From: Hyalangium minutum
GTDB lineage: Bacteria; Myxococcota; Myxococcia; Myxococcales; Myxococcaceae
Length of the DNA: 248,000 nucleotides
Direction: 5' to 3'
Assembly (NCBI RefSeq): GCF_000737315.1
Contig: NZ_JMCB01000001.1
Location: 20,001 to 268,000 of the forward strand
In this document: in pieces, positions 129,001 to 135,926 of the stretch
Layout: each line of letters begins with the position of its first letter
How positions within the stretch are numbered: position 1 is the first letter of the stretch
Notes under the pieces: generated by a model
Seen by the model: only the letters and a program-made list of their open reading frames with translations
What the model was told of the DNA's origin: nothing
Databases searched by the model: none
Position numbers and translations under genes: made by a program

Positions 129001-132000
129001 GCATCCACGGTGTCATCCTCGGCTCGGCCGTCAACAGCAACGGCAGGACGAACGGCTACACCGTGCCCAGCCCCAGCGCCCAGGCGGATCTGATCGAGAC
129101 GGCGCTAAAGCGGGCCGGCGTGGATCCGCGGACGATCTCCTACGTGGAGGCGCAGGCCGTGGGCTCCACCCTGGCGGACCCGATCGAGGTGTCTGGCCTC
129201 ACCAAGGCCTTCGAGCGCTTCACCCGCGAGCGGGGCTTCTGCGCGCTCGGCTCGGTGAAGCCCAACATCGGCCACCTCGAGGCGGCCTCGGGCGTGGCGC
129301 AGCTCACCAAGGTGCTGCTGCAGCTCCAGCACGGGCAGCTGGCGCCCTCGGTGGGCTCCGAGCGGTTGAACCCCTATATCGACTTCGAGAACTCGCCCTT
129401 CTTCGTGCAGCGGCAAGCCAGCGAGTGGCCCGAGCCGCGCGATCCCGTCACCGGGCGGCGCATTCCGAGGCGGGCCGCCGTCAGCTCCTTCGGGGCGGGA
129501 GGCGCCAATGCCCACCTCCTCATCGAGGAGTACGTGGCCCCTCGGGAGGCTGCGGTGTCCCGGGATGATGGGCGGCCTCAGCTCGTCACCCTGTCGGCGA
129601 AGCGTCCGGAACGGCTGACAGAGCAGGCCCGGAGGCTGCGCGACTTCCTCGTCGGGTCTCTGGCGTCCACGCGGACGGCCCCTCCGCTCGCGGACGTGGC
129701 GTACACGCTCCAGACGGGCCGAGAGGCCATGGGGACGCGGCTGGCGGTGCTGGCACGGGATCTCCCCTCTCTGCTGGGCGCGCTCGAGCGCTTCCTGGCG
129801 GGCCAGGACGCGCCCGGCCAGTTGTTCACGGGCGCGGTGAAGAAGTCCACGCGCCCCATGCCGCTGCCCGCGGACTCCGTACGCCAGGCGCGGGATGCGG
129901 GCCAGCTGGAGCCGCTCGCCTCGGCGTGGGCCAGCGGCTCGGAGGTGGACTGGGAGCTGCTGCACGAGGGGCAGCCTCGCAAGCGCCTTGCGCTGCCCAC
130001 CTACCCGTTCGCCCGGGAGCGCTACTGGCTGGATGTGTCCGCGCAGCCCGCGGCACTACCGATGGAGTCCTCGACTCCCGCCCCGGAGCCCGCCCCCCTG
130101 CCGCCCGCTCCCGCCCAGCTCCCCAACACCCAGGAGGTCCGTGTGACAGAGGACGGCACCCTGACCCGACGCGTCCAGGAGGTGCTGGTGAAGAGCATCT
130201 CCGAGATCCTCGGCGTCCGCGGCGAGGACGTGGATCTCGACGAGCACGTGAGCGACTACGGGTTCGACTCCATCTCGCTCACGAAGTTCGCGGCGCTCCT
130301 CAACAAGAACCACGGACTGGACGTCAGTCCCACGATCTTCTTCGAGCACGCCACCATCAGCAGCTTCGCGGACTACCTGGTCCGTGAGTACCGCGACGTG
130401 CTCGCGCGGGCCCTGCTGTCCACGGACGTGCAGGCGCCCCCCGCCGCTGCGAAGCCCCAGGCTCCCGCGCCTCGGGCCGCCGCGACCCAGGCTCCTGTCG
130501 CCACTCCGGCCCCGGGCGACGTCCGCGCTGTCGAGCCCATCGCCATCATCGGCATGGCTGGCCGCTTCCCAGGCTCGCCGAACCTGGCCCGCTACTGGGA
130601 GAACCTGATGGCCGGAAAGGATCTCGTCACGGAGATCCCTCGGGACCGCTTCGACTGGCGGGACTTCTACGGCGATCCGCAGAAGGATCCCACGAAGACG
130701 CCGTCGCGGTGGGGCGGCTTCCTGCAGGACGTGGATCGGTTCGACGCGCTCTTCTTCAGCATCTCGCCGCGCGAGGCGCGATCGATGGATCCGCAGCAGC
130801 GCCTCTTCCTGGAGACGGTCTGGCAGGCCATCGAAGACGCGGGCTATCCGCCCTCCCAGCTCGCGGGCACCTCCACGGGCCTGTTCGTGGGAGTGGCCGG
130901 CAGCGAGTACTCCCACCTGCTGGAGCAGTCGGGTGCGGAGATCGACGGTCAGGCGGCCACTGGCAACGCGCACAGCATCCTGGCCAACCGCGTCTCGTTC
131001 CTGTTGGATCTCCATGGCCCCAGCGAGCCGGTGGACACCGCGTGCTCCAGCTCCCTGGTCGCGGTGCATCGGGCCGTGGCGGCCATCCAGGCGGGCGAGT
131101 GCGACCTGGCGATCGCCGGCGGCGTCAACGTCCTGCTGACACCGGCCGGGTTCCTTGCCTTCGGCAAGTCCGGCATGCTGGCCGGTGACGGCCGGTGCAA
131201 GACGTTCGACCAGAAGGCGGACGGCTACGTCCGCGGCGAAGGCGTGGGGGCCGTGCTGCTCAAGCCGCTCAGCCGGGCGCTGGCGGACGGAGACACCATC
131301 TACGCCGTCGTCAAGGGCTCCGCCGTCAACCATGGAGGCCGGGCCAACTCGCTCACCGCGCCCAACCCCAACGCTCAGGCGGACCTCGTCATGCGCGCGG
131401 TGCGCAAGGCGGGCGTGGCGCCAGAGTCGATCGGCTACATTGAGGCGCACGGGACGGGGACCTCCCTGGGCGATCCCATCGAGATCAACGGCCTCAAGCG
131501 GGCCTTCCGCGAGCTGGGACTGGGTGGCACGGAGGCCTGGCGGCGCAAGTCCTGTGGGCTGGGCACCGTCAAGACCAACATCGGCCACCTGGAGACGGCC
131601 GCGGGCATCGCCGGGCTCATCAAAGTGCTGCTGGCGCTGCGCCACAAGAAGCTGCCGCCGCTCGTGCACTTCCAGCAGCTCAACGAGTACATCGACCTGG
131701 AGGACAGCCCCTTCTACGTCGTGGATAAGGCCCGGGATTGGGAGCCCGCGCGAGACGCCCGAGGCGCTGCCCTGCCACGACGCGCCGGGATCAGCTCCTT
131801 CGGCTTCGGTGGCGTCAACGTGCACCTGGTGCTGGAGGAGCATGAAGTCCCGGCCCCTCCCGAGCAGCTGTCCGGTGAAGGAGAGGCCATCCTCCTGTCC
131901 GCCCGGAGCACGGAGCGCCTGAAAGCATACGCGGAGGACTTCATCACCTTCCTGGAGGCGGTGGAGGCAGCCCCGGAGGAGCAACGCACCCGGTTGGCGG

Positions 132001-134789
132001 ATCTGGCCTACACGCTCCAGGTGGGCCGCGAGCACATGTCCCACCGCCTGGCCCTGATCGTCCGGAGCCGCAAGGAGCTGATCGAGAAGCTGCGCGGCTT
132101 CACGAACGAGGGCGCGGGTGGATCCGACGTCTTCGTAGGAGATGACCACTCCCACAAGGATCTGATCTCCCTCTTCAGCCAGGAGGGAGCGGACCTGGGC
132201 TACTTCGAGGAGCTGGCCCGCAGAGGCAACTCCAGGAAGCTGGCCGCGCTCTGGGCCAAGGGCTTCTCCATCCCGTGGGCGGAGCTACAGGCGCGAGGCA
132301 CGCATCGCCGGTTGCCGCTCCCCACCTACCCGTTCGCCCGGGAGCGTTACTGGCTCCCCACGCCGGTGCGAGCCGTTGCCCCGGTCCAGCCCGCGCAGCA
132401 GCCCGTCACCCAGGCCCCGCCCGCGCGAGTCCCCTCCCCGGCCGCGCCCGTGCCGCAGCCTGCGGCCACGGCTCCGGCTCCGGCTCCGGCGCCTGCTCAG
132501 TCCCCGCGAGCGGAAGAGCCCGCGCCCCGCGCTGCTCCGGCTCCGCGCGCCGAGGATGCCTCCCTGCAGCCCACAGCCCGAATCCGTGCCGTCTTCGCGG
132601 AGTTCATCGGCCTCGAGGAGCAGGCCATCGATCCGAACCGGGAGTTCACCTCCTACGGCATCGACTCCATCGCTGGCCTCCGGGTGATGCAGCGCATCCA
132701 GCAGCTCTACGGCGAGAACGTGCCGATGCTCGCCATCATCGAGCACCCGACCCTCCATCGCTTCACGAACCACCTCCTTCGCAACTACGTGAAGGCGGAA
132801 GCCGCGCCGGCCGCTCCAGCTCCCGCGGCAAGCCCAGTTCCAGCCCCGGTGGCTCCGGCTCCTGCTGCGAGTGCGCCCACCGCAGTCCCGAGCGCTCGGC
132901 CCACCTCCGAGCGCCCGTCAGCGCCCGTGCAGACGCCGCCCCCAGCACCTCGGAAGCCGGAGCCTCCGCGCACCGTGCCCGAGGTGCGGCTGGTGCCCTT
133001 CCAGCCCAACGGCTCCGAGACGCCGCTCTTCGGTCTTCCGGGAGACTGGGGTGACGTCGGCTGGCTCATCGGGCTCATCCCTCACCTGGGCAAGACACAG
133101 CCGGTGTATGGCCTGGACCTCGCGCCTGGCACCGAGTGCACTGTGGAGGCGCTCGCGGCAGAGTGCGTGCGCGTCCTGTTGGGTGCTCGGCCGGCCGGTC
133201 CCTACCGCCTCGCCGCCTCGGGCCTGGGCGGAGGTGTCGCCCTGGAGGCCACGCGGCGCCTGCACGAGCTCGGTCACGAGGTGTCCGAGCTGCTGCTGCT
133301 CGCCCCTGCCGCTCCTCGGCCCACGGGAGACACCGCCGCGCTGCAGCAGGCGGGAGACTCCGCCTGCGTGCTGACGTACCTGGGCAACAGCCTGGGCCAG
133401 CTGTGGCGGGCCCCTGGAGTGCTCCGCTACGACGCCCTGCCCCAGGGTGACTTCGCCGAGCAGCGGAAGGCCGTGACGCGCTTCCTCACCTCGAGCGCGG
133501 CGTGTCCGATGCCCGCCGCGAAGCTGGAACCGTGGCTGGATGGCGCTGCCCGCCAGTACGCGTTCGGGCTGCTCTCCCTGAGCCGCTACCGCCCGCGCCC
133601 GCTGTCCCGCCCGGTGCAGGCGGTGCTGATCCGTCCCCAGGAACTCCAGACGGGAGCGGGCAGCACCTACCGCCTGCCGCGCCCCCCCGCGGACGGTGTG
133701 AACACCGCAGCGGACTGGCAGGGGCTGCTGGGCAGGCCGGTTCGCGTCCTCGAGGCGCCCCAGGACTGCTTCGGCCTGCTGTCCGTCCAGGGCGTAACGT
133801 GGGTGGCGGAGCAGCTGCGCCCCGCCCGGGCCCCTGAGCCGCGAACCGAGCCCGGCGCTGACGGCCCTCGCTCCTCCATCATCGTGCCTATCAACAAGAA
133901 CGGCTCCCAGCGCGCCTCCTTCTGGGTGCACACGCTCCTGGGGGACGTCAGCTACGGCCTCAACTTCTCACGCCACCTGGGCATCGACTACCCCGTCTTC
134001 GGCATCGAGCAGTTCGATGTGGACGGCAACGTCTTCCTGCTCCCTACCATCGAGGAGATGGCCTCCCGCTACATCGACGCGCTCCGGGCCGCCCAACCTT
134101 CGGGACCCTATGTGCTCGGGGGCTACTCCTACGGCGGCATCGTTGCCTTCGAGATGGCCTACCAGCTCGGGCAGCGCGGCGAGGAGGTCTCGGATCTGGT
134201 GCTGATTGACTCCCTCATGCCAGGCACGGAGGTGTTCAACGCCATCGACACCTCGTCCTTCGTGACGGACGACTTCAGCATCATGTCGCTGATCCTCATC
134301 GGCAACTCGTTCGGCAACCGATGGCACGCCGAGCGCTACATCCAGCTCGATGAGCTCACCGGCCGGCCTCGGGACCAGCAGATCGAGCAGGTCGCGCGCC
134401 ACCTCCGGGACCGCTCGAAGACCACCCTCTCCTTCGAGGAGATCCTGCAGCTCGTCCGCCGCAACTACGACACGATCACCTCGAACAACGAGGCGCTCAA
134501 CCGCTACCGCCCCAAGGGCCCGCTCGGCCCCCGGGTGAACGCCACGCTCTTCCACGCCACCCTGGGGTTCGTCGGGCCCAACAACCCCAACAACATCCCC
134601 GAAGTGAAGATCCGCGTGGATGACCGGACCAATGGCTTCGGCCGCTACGTCCCCAGCAGCTTCCGGATCTTCGATCTGCCCGCGGACCACTACACCATCT
134701 GCACCGACGAGTTCATCAAGGTGGTCGCGGAGAAGACCCGCGTCGCCATCACCCCCATGCGCGTGCTCCCCACGGAGCGCGCTTCGTAG
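120084..134789 (+). CDS. Trans-AT PKS4: KR-ACP, KS9-DH-KR-cMT-ACP, KS10(0)-ACP, KS11-ACP, TE-TE
   Basis: LEIGAGTGG MT; KS10 has EAQAVGS (His lost); terminal GYSYG TE. Confidence 0.92.
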   Translation: MKLDKRQILQQVESGDLEIDQAVELLARLGIAPKAAPAEPLGHVYYESRWEPAPAPAERLAPGQRVLLVGEREAAMDALRAALTGHEVVSVLPGTGFRRLAADQYEVDLGSEEHGARLLAELAGAGFFPTQVLHLWRGGPDASLEEASDARALETGVHAAFTLVKALLAQAPKQELTLLSACLGPGGAPACAAVAGFLAVAEQENPKLRGKTVHMREPSPTVAAELLLAELPSLSEAEVRYDANGRQARRLAELTIPDVETPGPLRQGGVYLITGGAGGLGLLFARHLVATAGARLILTGRSQRPSAQQEQLFRELETLGGQVVYCPADVTVLADMERAVRLARERFGRLDGVLHAAGVLEDAFLVRKSWDSFQRVLAPKTHGVLALDHATREEALDFFALFSSTATVLGRAGQADYAAANHFMDEFAAARNAQVAEGRRTGHTVSIAWPLWQGGGMNISEADRETMERITGMTVMGAEEGFTAFTHALRSGRSLVAVLYGRGARIRDFIERRGSRKPAPAAPAPRAGAPRDRAELARGAEEYLLELISRETRLPRQRIDVKQGLDAIGLDSMLINRLNVLLEDPFGSLSKTLFFEYQSIRELAGYFSEHHTEALAALLSPASSSEAPPAAEEPTQSPERSPAPAPVQQAPAAPVTGDIAIVGLSGRYPDAEDLQEFWENLAQGRNSVGQVPRERWDLSRYPGLELNTRERQGLQWGSFLREVDTFDPLFFNIAPRDAEVMDPQERLFLETAWSALEDAGYSRPELQRTSREGDESAVGVFVGVTFGQYQSIGVEEWGHGNYISPGSSFWSIANRLSYVLNVNGPSMPVDTACSASLTAVHMACESLRRGDCRVAVAGGVNLNIHPAKYVALARLKFLSTEGKCRAFGDGGDGYVPGEGVGAVVLKPLAQAEADGDHIYAVIKGSTINHGGKTNGYTVPNPKAQASLVSRALRTAGVNARTVGYVEAHGTGTSLGDPIEITGLNKAFREHTQDRQFCAIGSVKTNVGHLESAAGIASLTKVLLQLRHQQLAPSLHAETLNRNIDFGSSPFFVQRELAPWPSPAVTGPDGRVRTLPRRAAISSFGAGGANAHLILEEYVAPRAERPQALGPELVLLSAKNTGRLRAYASRLKQHLRRLQSSAGAMPPLGDLAYTLQVGREALEERLALVVGSVDELVVRLEEFEQGQLHGAQAYLGRVPEERTAAAEVELPRAQELIRRRDWATLARLWVEGHSVPWGEVYLGQGRRVSLPTYPFERKRFWVPLSHPSAKAPQAAAALHPLLDRAVPSLNGTVFEKRFRRDEPLLRDHHVRGKPVVAGVVQLEMVRAAVAAAGAGALSSLNDVVWLSTVEVSTDSTLVQLALTPREDGFSYEVSIPGTASTCSRGRVRFQDTEPSGTPPRVDLQALQARCQQRIGKAALYEGFRAVGLEYGPSFQCVEELWVHGREVVGELRLGAQAAPELEHFALHPSLVDAALHTLQGLTAGESSNGEPQTLIPFSVAEVRVYGRLPARCFAYAQLRENNRESGVARFNMAILDESGQCLVLFKDFAARRLRVAHGPAAAPIHEAAPLPASVPSSGFFYQPLWKEQPLPAVEAPSKPEGGTVLIFTHPQDCGLGARLAAQYGEHRAVLVSLEDAWNAESPGLLRINHRDANHYSHVLAQLREPSAIYFLGGMQSKRYSANDVQHLARMEERGVVSLLRLARGLAAHPPGAIPLKVVTNDVYRVRERDAAFNPFASALVGFTKVLSREFRQLQVSCIDVAKAELDAGEDTAAAVLRGLLAEPGLSAALQSALREGRRFVQHLHAVELPETAPQALSFVDRGVYLILGGAGGLGLVVAEHLARRCRARLVLVGRSPLREETRRRMQAIEAAGGEALYLQADLCDVAAMRNVVLQTRARFGPISGVIHSAIVLQDGVIGRMTEEQLRAALAPKARGLVVLHHVLEAEPLDFIACFSSALSFTSAPGQANYAAASTFEDCFALYLEHRMQRPVRVFNWGFWGDIGIVATDTYRERMARRGIEALTREEGLLAFDRVMAGRATQISPIKLHPELLESFHMDATQLRAPYPETFPSVMTPVTTRLDGFIQQGPDIPGNAELLPLEQHGRLLLLQAFQEMGALRNPGERHTLGELRERLRILPAYSRLYDAMLDILSKGGFVRLAGDSLEATPEVRSSHATPQGIRAHRESMLARLPDGRAFLELVEACVGSLPDVLTGRKSHMEVMFPGGSKTLVENVYKGNRRSDYFNDLVVQSVLAVLEKRLGDSRQEKIALLEIGAGTGGTSGRVFEAIQAHGSRLTYDYTDISKSFATHGQRTFGRRFPFASFKVLDVEKDVIAQGFKPGAYDLILATNVLHATRNMTHTLRQAKALLKTNGVLVINEVTVVQDFTTLTFGLTSGWWLFEDANLRLPHSPLLGLKEWRSALESQGFRRVMGFGLPRGRPEVDGQNVILSESDGWLDTSRKQAPSAPEPRAASSMLSSTAQRWTPPAAPQPSAPAAAQLPPAPPARTEPQKHAIPPPPAAEAIRYRPPEEPLEHRVVAPPPAPVPARVVASSPVPADRDEALREHTLTLLRSTLAQVLKMEAAELEPGATFESYGVDSLVGMDFLDKLEGDFPSLPKTLLFEHITLDQLTAHFLRTFPEVLRRKFGGSLAAVPRSPLAAERAPAATEPSAASRPTESGRAAATLMDAASLFGEPPPAPAQTGVREERTPASTRVEGIAIIGMSGRYPQAEDTRAFWENLRQGRSAFSEVPPERWSHSAYHDDTGERPGTTYHRWGAFIGDVDKFDPLFFGIAPREAQLMDPQERLFLETAWATLEDAGWTSARLNRSAHADGGQGVGVFVGVMYGPYQLLAAEEWARGNRVDAQSAYWSIPNRVSYAFDFRGPSLAVDTACSSSLTAIHLACESLRRGECRAALVGGVNLILHPSHHVGLGKMSMLSRDGSCRAFGEGASGFVAGEGVGAVLLKPLADAIRDGDRIHGVILGSAVNSNGRTNGYTVPSPSAQADLIETALKRAGVDPRTISYVEAQAVGSTLADPIEVSGLTKAFERFTRERGFCALGSVKPNIGHLEAASGVAQLTKVLLQLQHGQLAPSVGSERLNPYIDFENSPFFVQRQASEWPEPRDPVTGRRIPRRAAVSSFGAGGANAHLLIEEYVAPREAAVSRDDGRPQLVTLSAKRPERLTEQARRLRDFLVGSLASTRTAPPLADVAYTLQTGREAMGTRLAVLARDLPSLLGALERFLAGQDAPGQLFTGAVKKSTRPMPLPADSVRQARDAGQLEPLASAWASGSEVDWELLHEGQPRKRLALPTYPFARERYWLDVSAQPAALPMESSTPAPEPAPLPPAPAQLPNTQEVRVTEDGTLTRRVQEVLVKSISEILGVRGEDVDLDEHVSDYGFDSISLTKFAALLNKNHGLDVSPTIFFEHATISSFADYLVREYRDVLARALLSTDVQAPPAAAKPQAPAPRAAATQAPVATPAPGDVRAVEPIAIIGMAGRFPGSPNLARYWENLMAGKDLVTEIPRDRFDWRDFYGDPQKDPTKTPSRWGGFLQDVDRFDALFFSISPREARSMDPQQRLFLETVWQAIEDAGYPPSQLAGTSTGLFVGVAGSEYSHLLEQSGAEIDGQAATGNAHSILANRVSFLLDLHGPSEPVDTACSSSLVAVHRAVAAIQAGECDLAIAGGVNVLLTPAGFLAFGKSGMLAGDGRCKTFDQKADGYVRGEGVGAVLLKPLSRALADGDTIYAVVKGSAVNHGGRANSLTAPNPNAQADLVMRAVRKAGVAPESIGYIEAHGTGTSLGDPIEINGLKRAFRELGLGGTEAWRRKSCGLGTVKTNIGHLETAAGIAGLIKVLLALRHKKLPPLVHFQQLNEYIDLEDSPFYVVDKARDWEPARDARGAALPRRAGISSFGFGGVNVHLVLEEHEVPAPPEQLSGEGEAILLSARSTERLKAYAEDFITFLEAVEAAPEEQRTRLADLAYTLQVGREHMSHRLALIVRSRKELIEKLRGFTNEGAGGSDVFVGDDHSHKDLISLFSQEGADLGYFEELARRGNSRKLAALWAKGFSIPWAELQARGTHRRLPLPTYPFARERYWLPTPVRAVAPVQPAQQPVTQAPPARVPSPAAPVPQPAATAPAPAPAPAQSPRAEEPAPRAAPAPRAEDASLQPTARIRAVFAEFIGLEEQAIDPNREFTSYGIDSIAGLRVMQRIQQLYGENVPMLAIIEHPTLHRFTNHLLRNYVKAEAAPAAPAPAASPVPAPVAPAPAASAPTAVPSARPTSERPSAPVQTPPPAPRKPEPPRTVPEVRLVPFQPNGSETPLFGLPGDWGDVGWLIGLIPHLGKTQPVYGLDLAPGTECTVEALAAECVRVLLGARPAGPYRLAASGLGGGVALEATRRLHELGHEVSELLLLAPAAPRPTGDTAALQQAGDSACVLTYLGNSLGQLWRAPGVLRYDALPQGDFAEQRKAVTRFLTSSAACPMPAAKLEPWLDGAARQYAFGLLSLSRYRPRPLSRPVQAVLIRPQELQTGAGSTYRLPRPPADGVNTAADWQGLLGRPVRVLEAPQDCFGLLSVQGVTWVAEQLRPARAPEPRTEPGADGPRSSIIVPINKNGSQRASFWVHTLLGDVSYGLNFSRHLGIDYPVFGIEQFDVDGNVFLLPTIEEMASRYIDALRAAQPSGPYVLGGYSYGGIVAFEMAYQLGQRGEEVSDLVLIDSLMPGTEVFNAIDTSSFVTDDFSIMSLILIGNSFGNRWHAERYIQLDELTGRPRDQQIEQVARHLRDRSKTTLSFEEILQLVRRNYDTITSNNEALNRYRPKGPLGPRVNATLFHATLGFVGPNNPNNIPEVKIRVDDRTNGFGRYVPSSFRIFDLPADHYTICTDEFIKVVAEKTRVAITPMRVLPTERAS

Positions 134790-134800
134790 GAGCCCCACCC

Positions 134801-135880
134801 ATGGACTTCAGCGTCTACTTCTTCTCAGCCAACGATCAGGCCGACTTCGGCGAGCGCTACCGCTTCATCCTCGAGGTGGCGAAGTACATCGACCAAAACG
134901 GCTTCAAGGCCATCTGGACGCCCGAGCGCCACTTCCAGGAGTTCGGGGGCAGCTTCCCCAACGCCTCGGTGCTCAGCGCCGCGCTGGCGGTGCTCACCCA
135001 GAACATCGAGCTGCGCGCGGGCAGCGTGGTGGCCCCCCACCACCACCCGGCCCGTATCGCCGAGGAGTGGGCCCTGGTGGATCAGCTCTCCAACGGCCGG
135101 GTGGCGCTCTGCCTCGCCACGGGTTGGCACCGCGGGGACTTCATCTTCTACCCGGAGAACTACGCGGGCCGCCGCGAGCTCACCTTCCGCCTGGTGCAGA
135201 CGCTGCGAGATCTCTGGGCCGGGCGCCCGGTGACCTTCAGCGGCGTCGAGGGCCAGGCCGTGGAGGTGCGCACCTTCCCGCGCCCCCGCCGCCAGGAGCT
135301 GCCGCTGTGGCTCGTCCACAGCACCAACCCCGAGACCTGGGCCAAGGCCGGAGAGCTTGGCCTCAATGTCCTCACCCTGCTGGACAACTGGGACCGGCTC
135401 ACCGCCAACATCGCGGCCTATCGCGACGCGCGCGCCAAACACGGCCATGATCCGAAGTCCGGCATCGTGACCCTGGGCGTCCACACGTACATCGGCGATG
135501 ACGACACCACGGTGCGCAAGCTCGTCGCAGAGCCCGTGAAGCAGTACCTGTCCACGTTCCTCACCCAGCGCAAGGCGGATGCCACCCTGCAGGGCGGCTC
135601 CAAGCAGCTCGATGCCAAGGAGCAGGACATGCTGGCAACGCTGGCCTACCAGGACATGTACGACAAGCGGTCGCTGCTGGGCACGATCCCCAAGTGCGCC
135701 GACATGGTGCGGCGGATGCAGGAGATCGGCGTCGACGAGGTCGCTTGCCTCGTGGACTTCGGCCTGGACTTCCAGACTGTCTTGGACGGGCTGCCGCGCA
135801 TCAACGAGCTGCGCGCTATGTTCCAGCCAGCCGCCTCGAACGCCAGCGCCAGCGGCATGGCCTGGTACTACAACCGGTGA
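134801..135880 (+). CDS. Luciferase-like flavin monooxygenase (MupA-type)
   Basis: WTPERHF, HHPARIAEEW..VD.LS.GR. Confidence 0.88.
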   Translation: MDFSVYFFSANDQADFGERYRFILEVAKYIDQNGFKAIWTPERHFQEFGGSFPNASVLSAALAVLTQNIELRAGSVVAPHHHPARIAEEWALVDQLSNGRVALCLATGWHRGDFIFYPENYAGRRELTFRLVQTLRDLWAGRPVTFSGVEGQAVEVRTFPRPRRQELPLWLVHSTNPETWAKAGELGLNVLTLLDNWDRLTANIAAYRDARAKHGHDPKSGIVTLGVHTYIGDDDTTVRKLVAEPVKQYLSTFLTQRKADATLQGGSKQLDAKEQDMLATLAYQDMYDKRSLLGTIPKCADMVRRMQEIGVDEVACLVDFGLDFQTVLDGLPRINELRAMFQPAASNASASGMAWYYNR

Positions 135881-135926
135881 ATCGAGTCCTCTTGGCCCAC
135901 CTCGGGCCCGAAGGCAGGAGAAGCAC

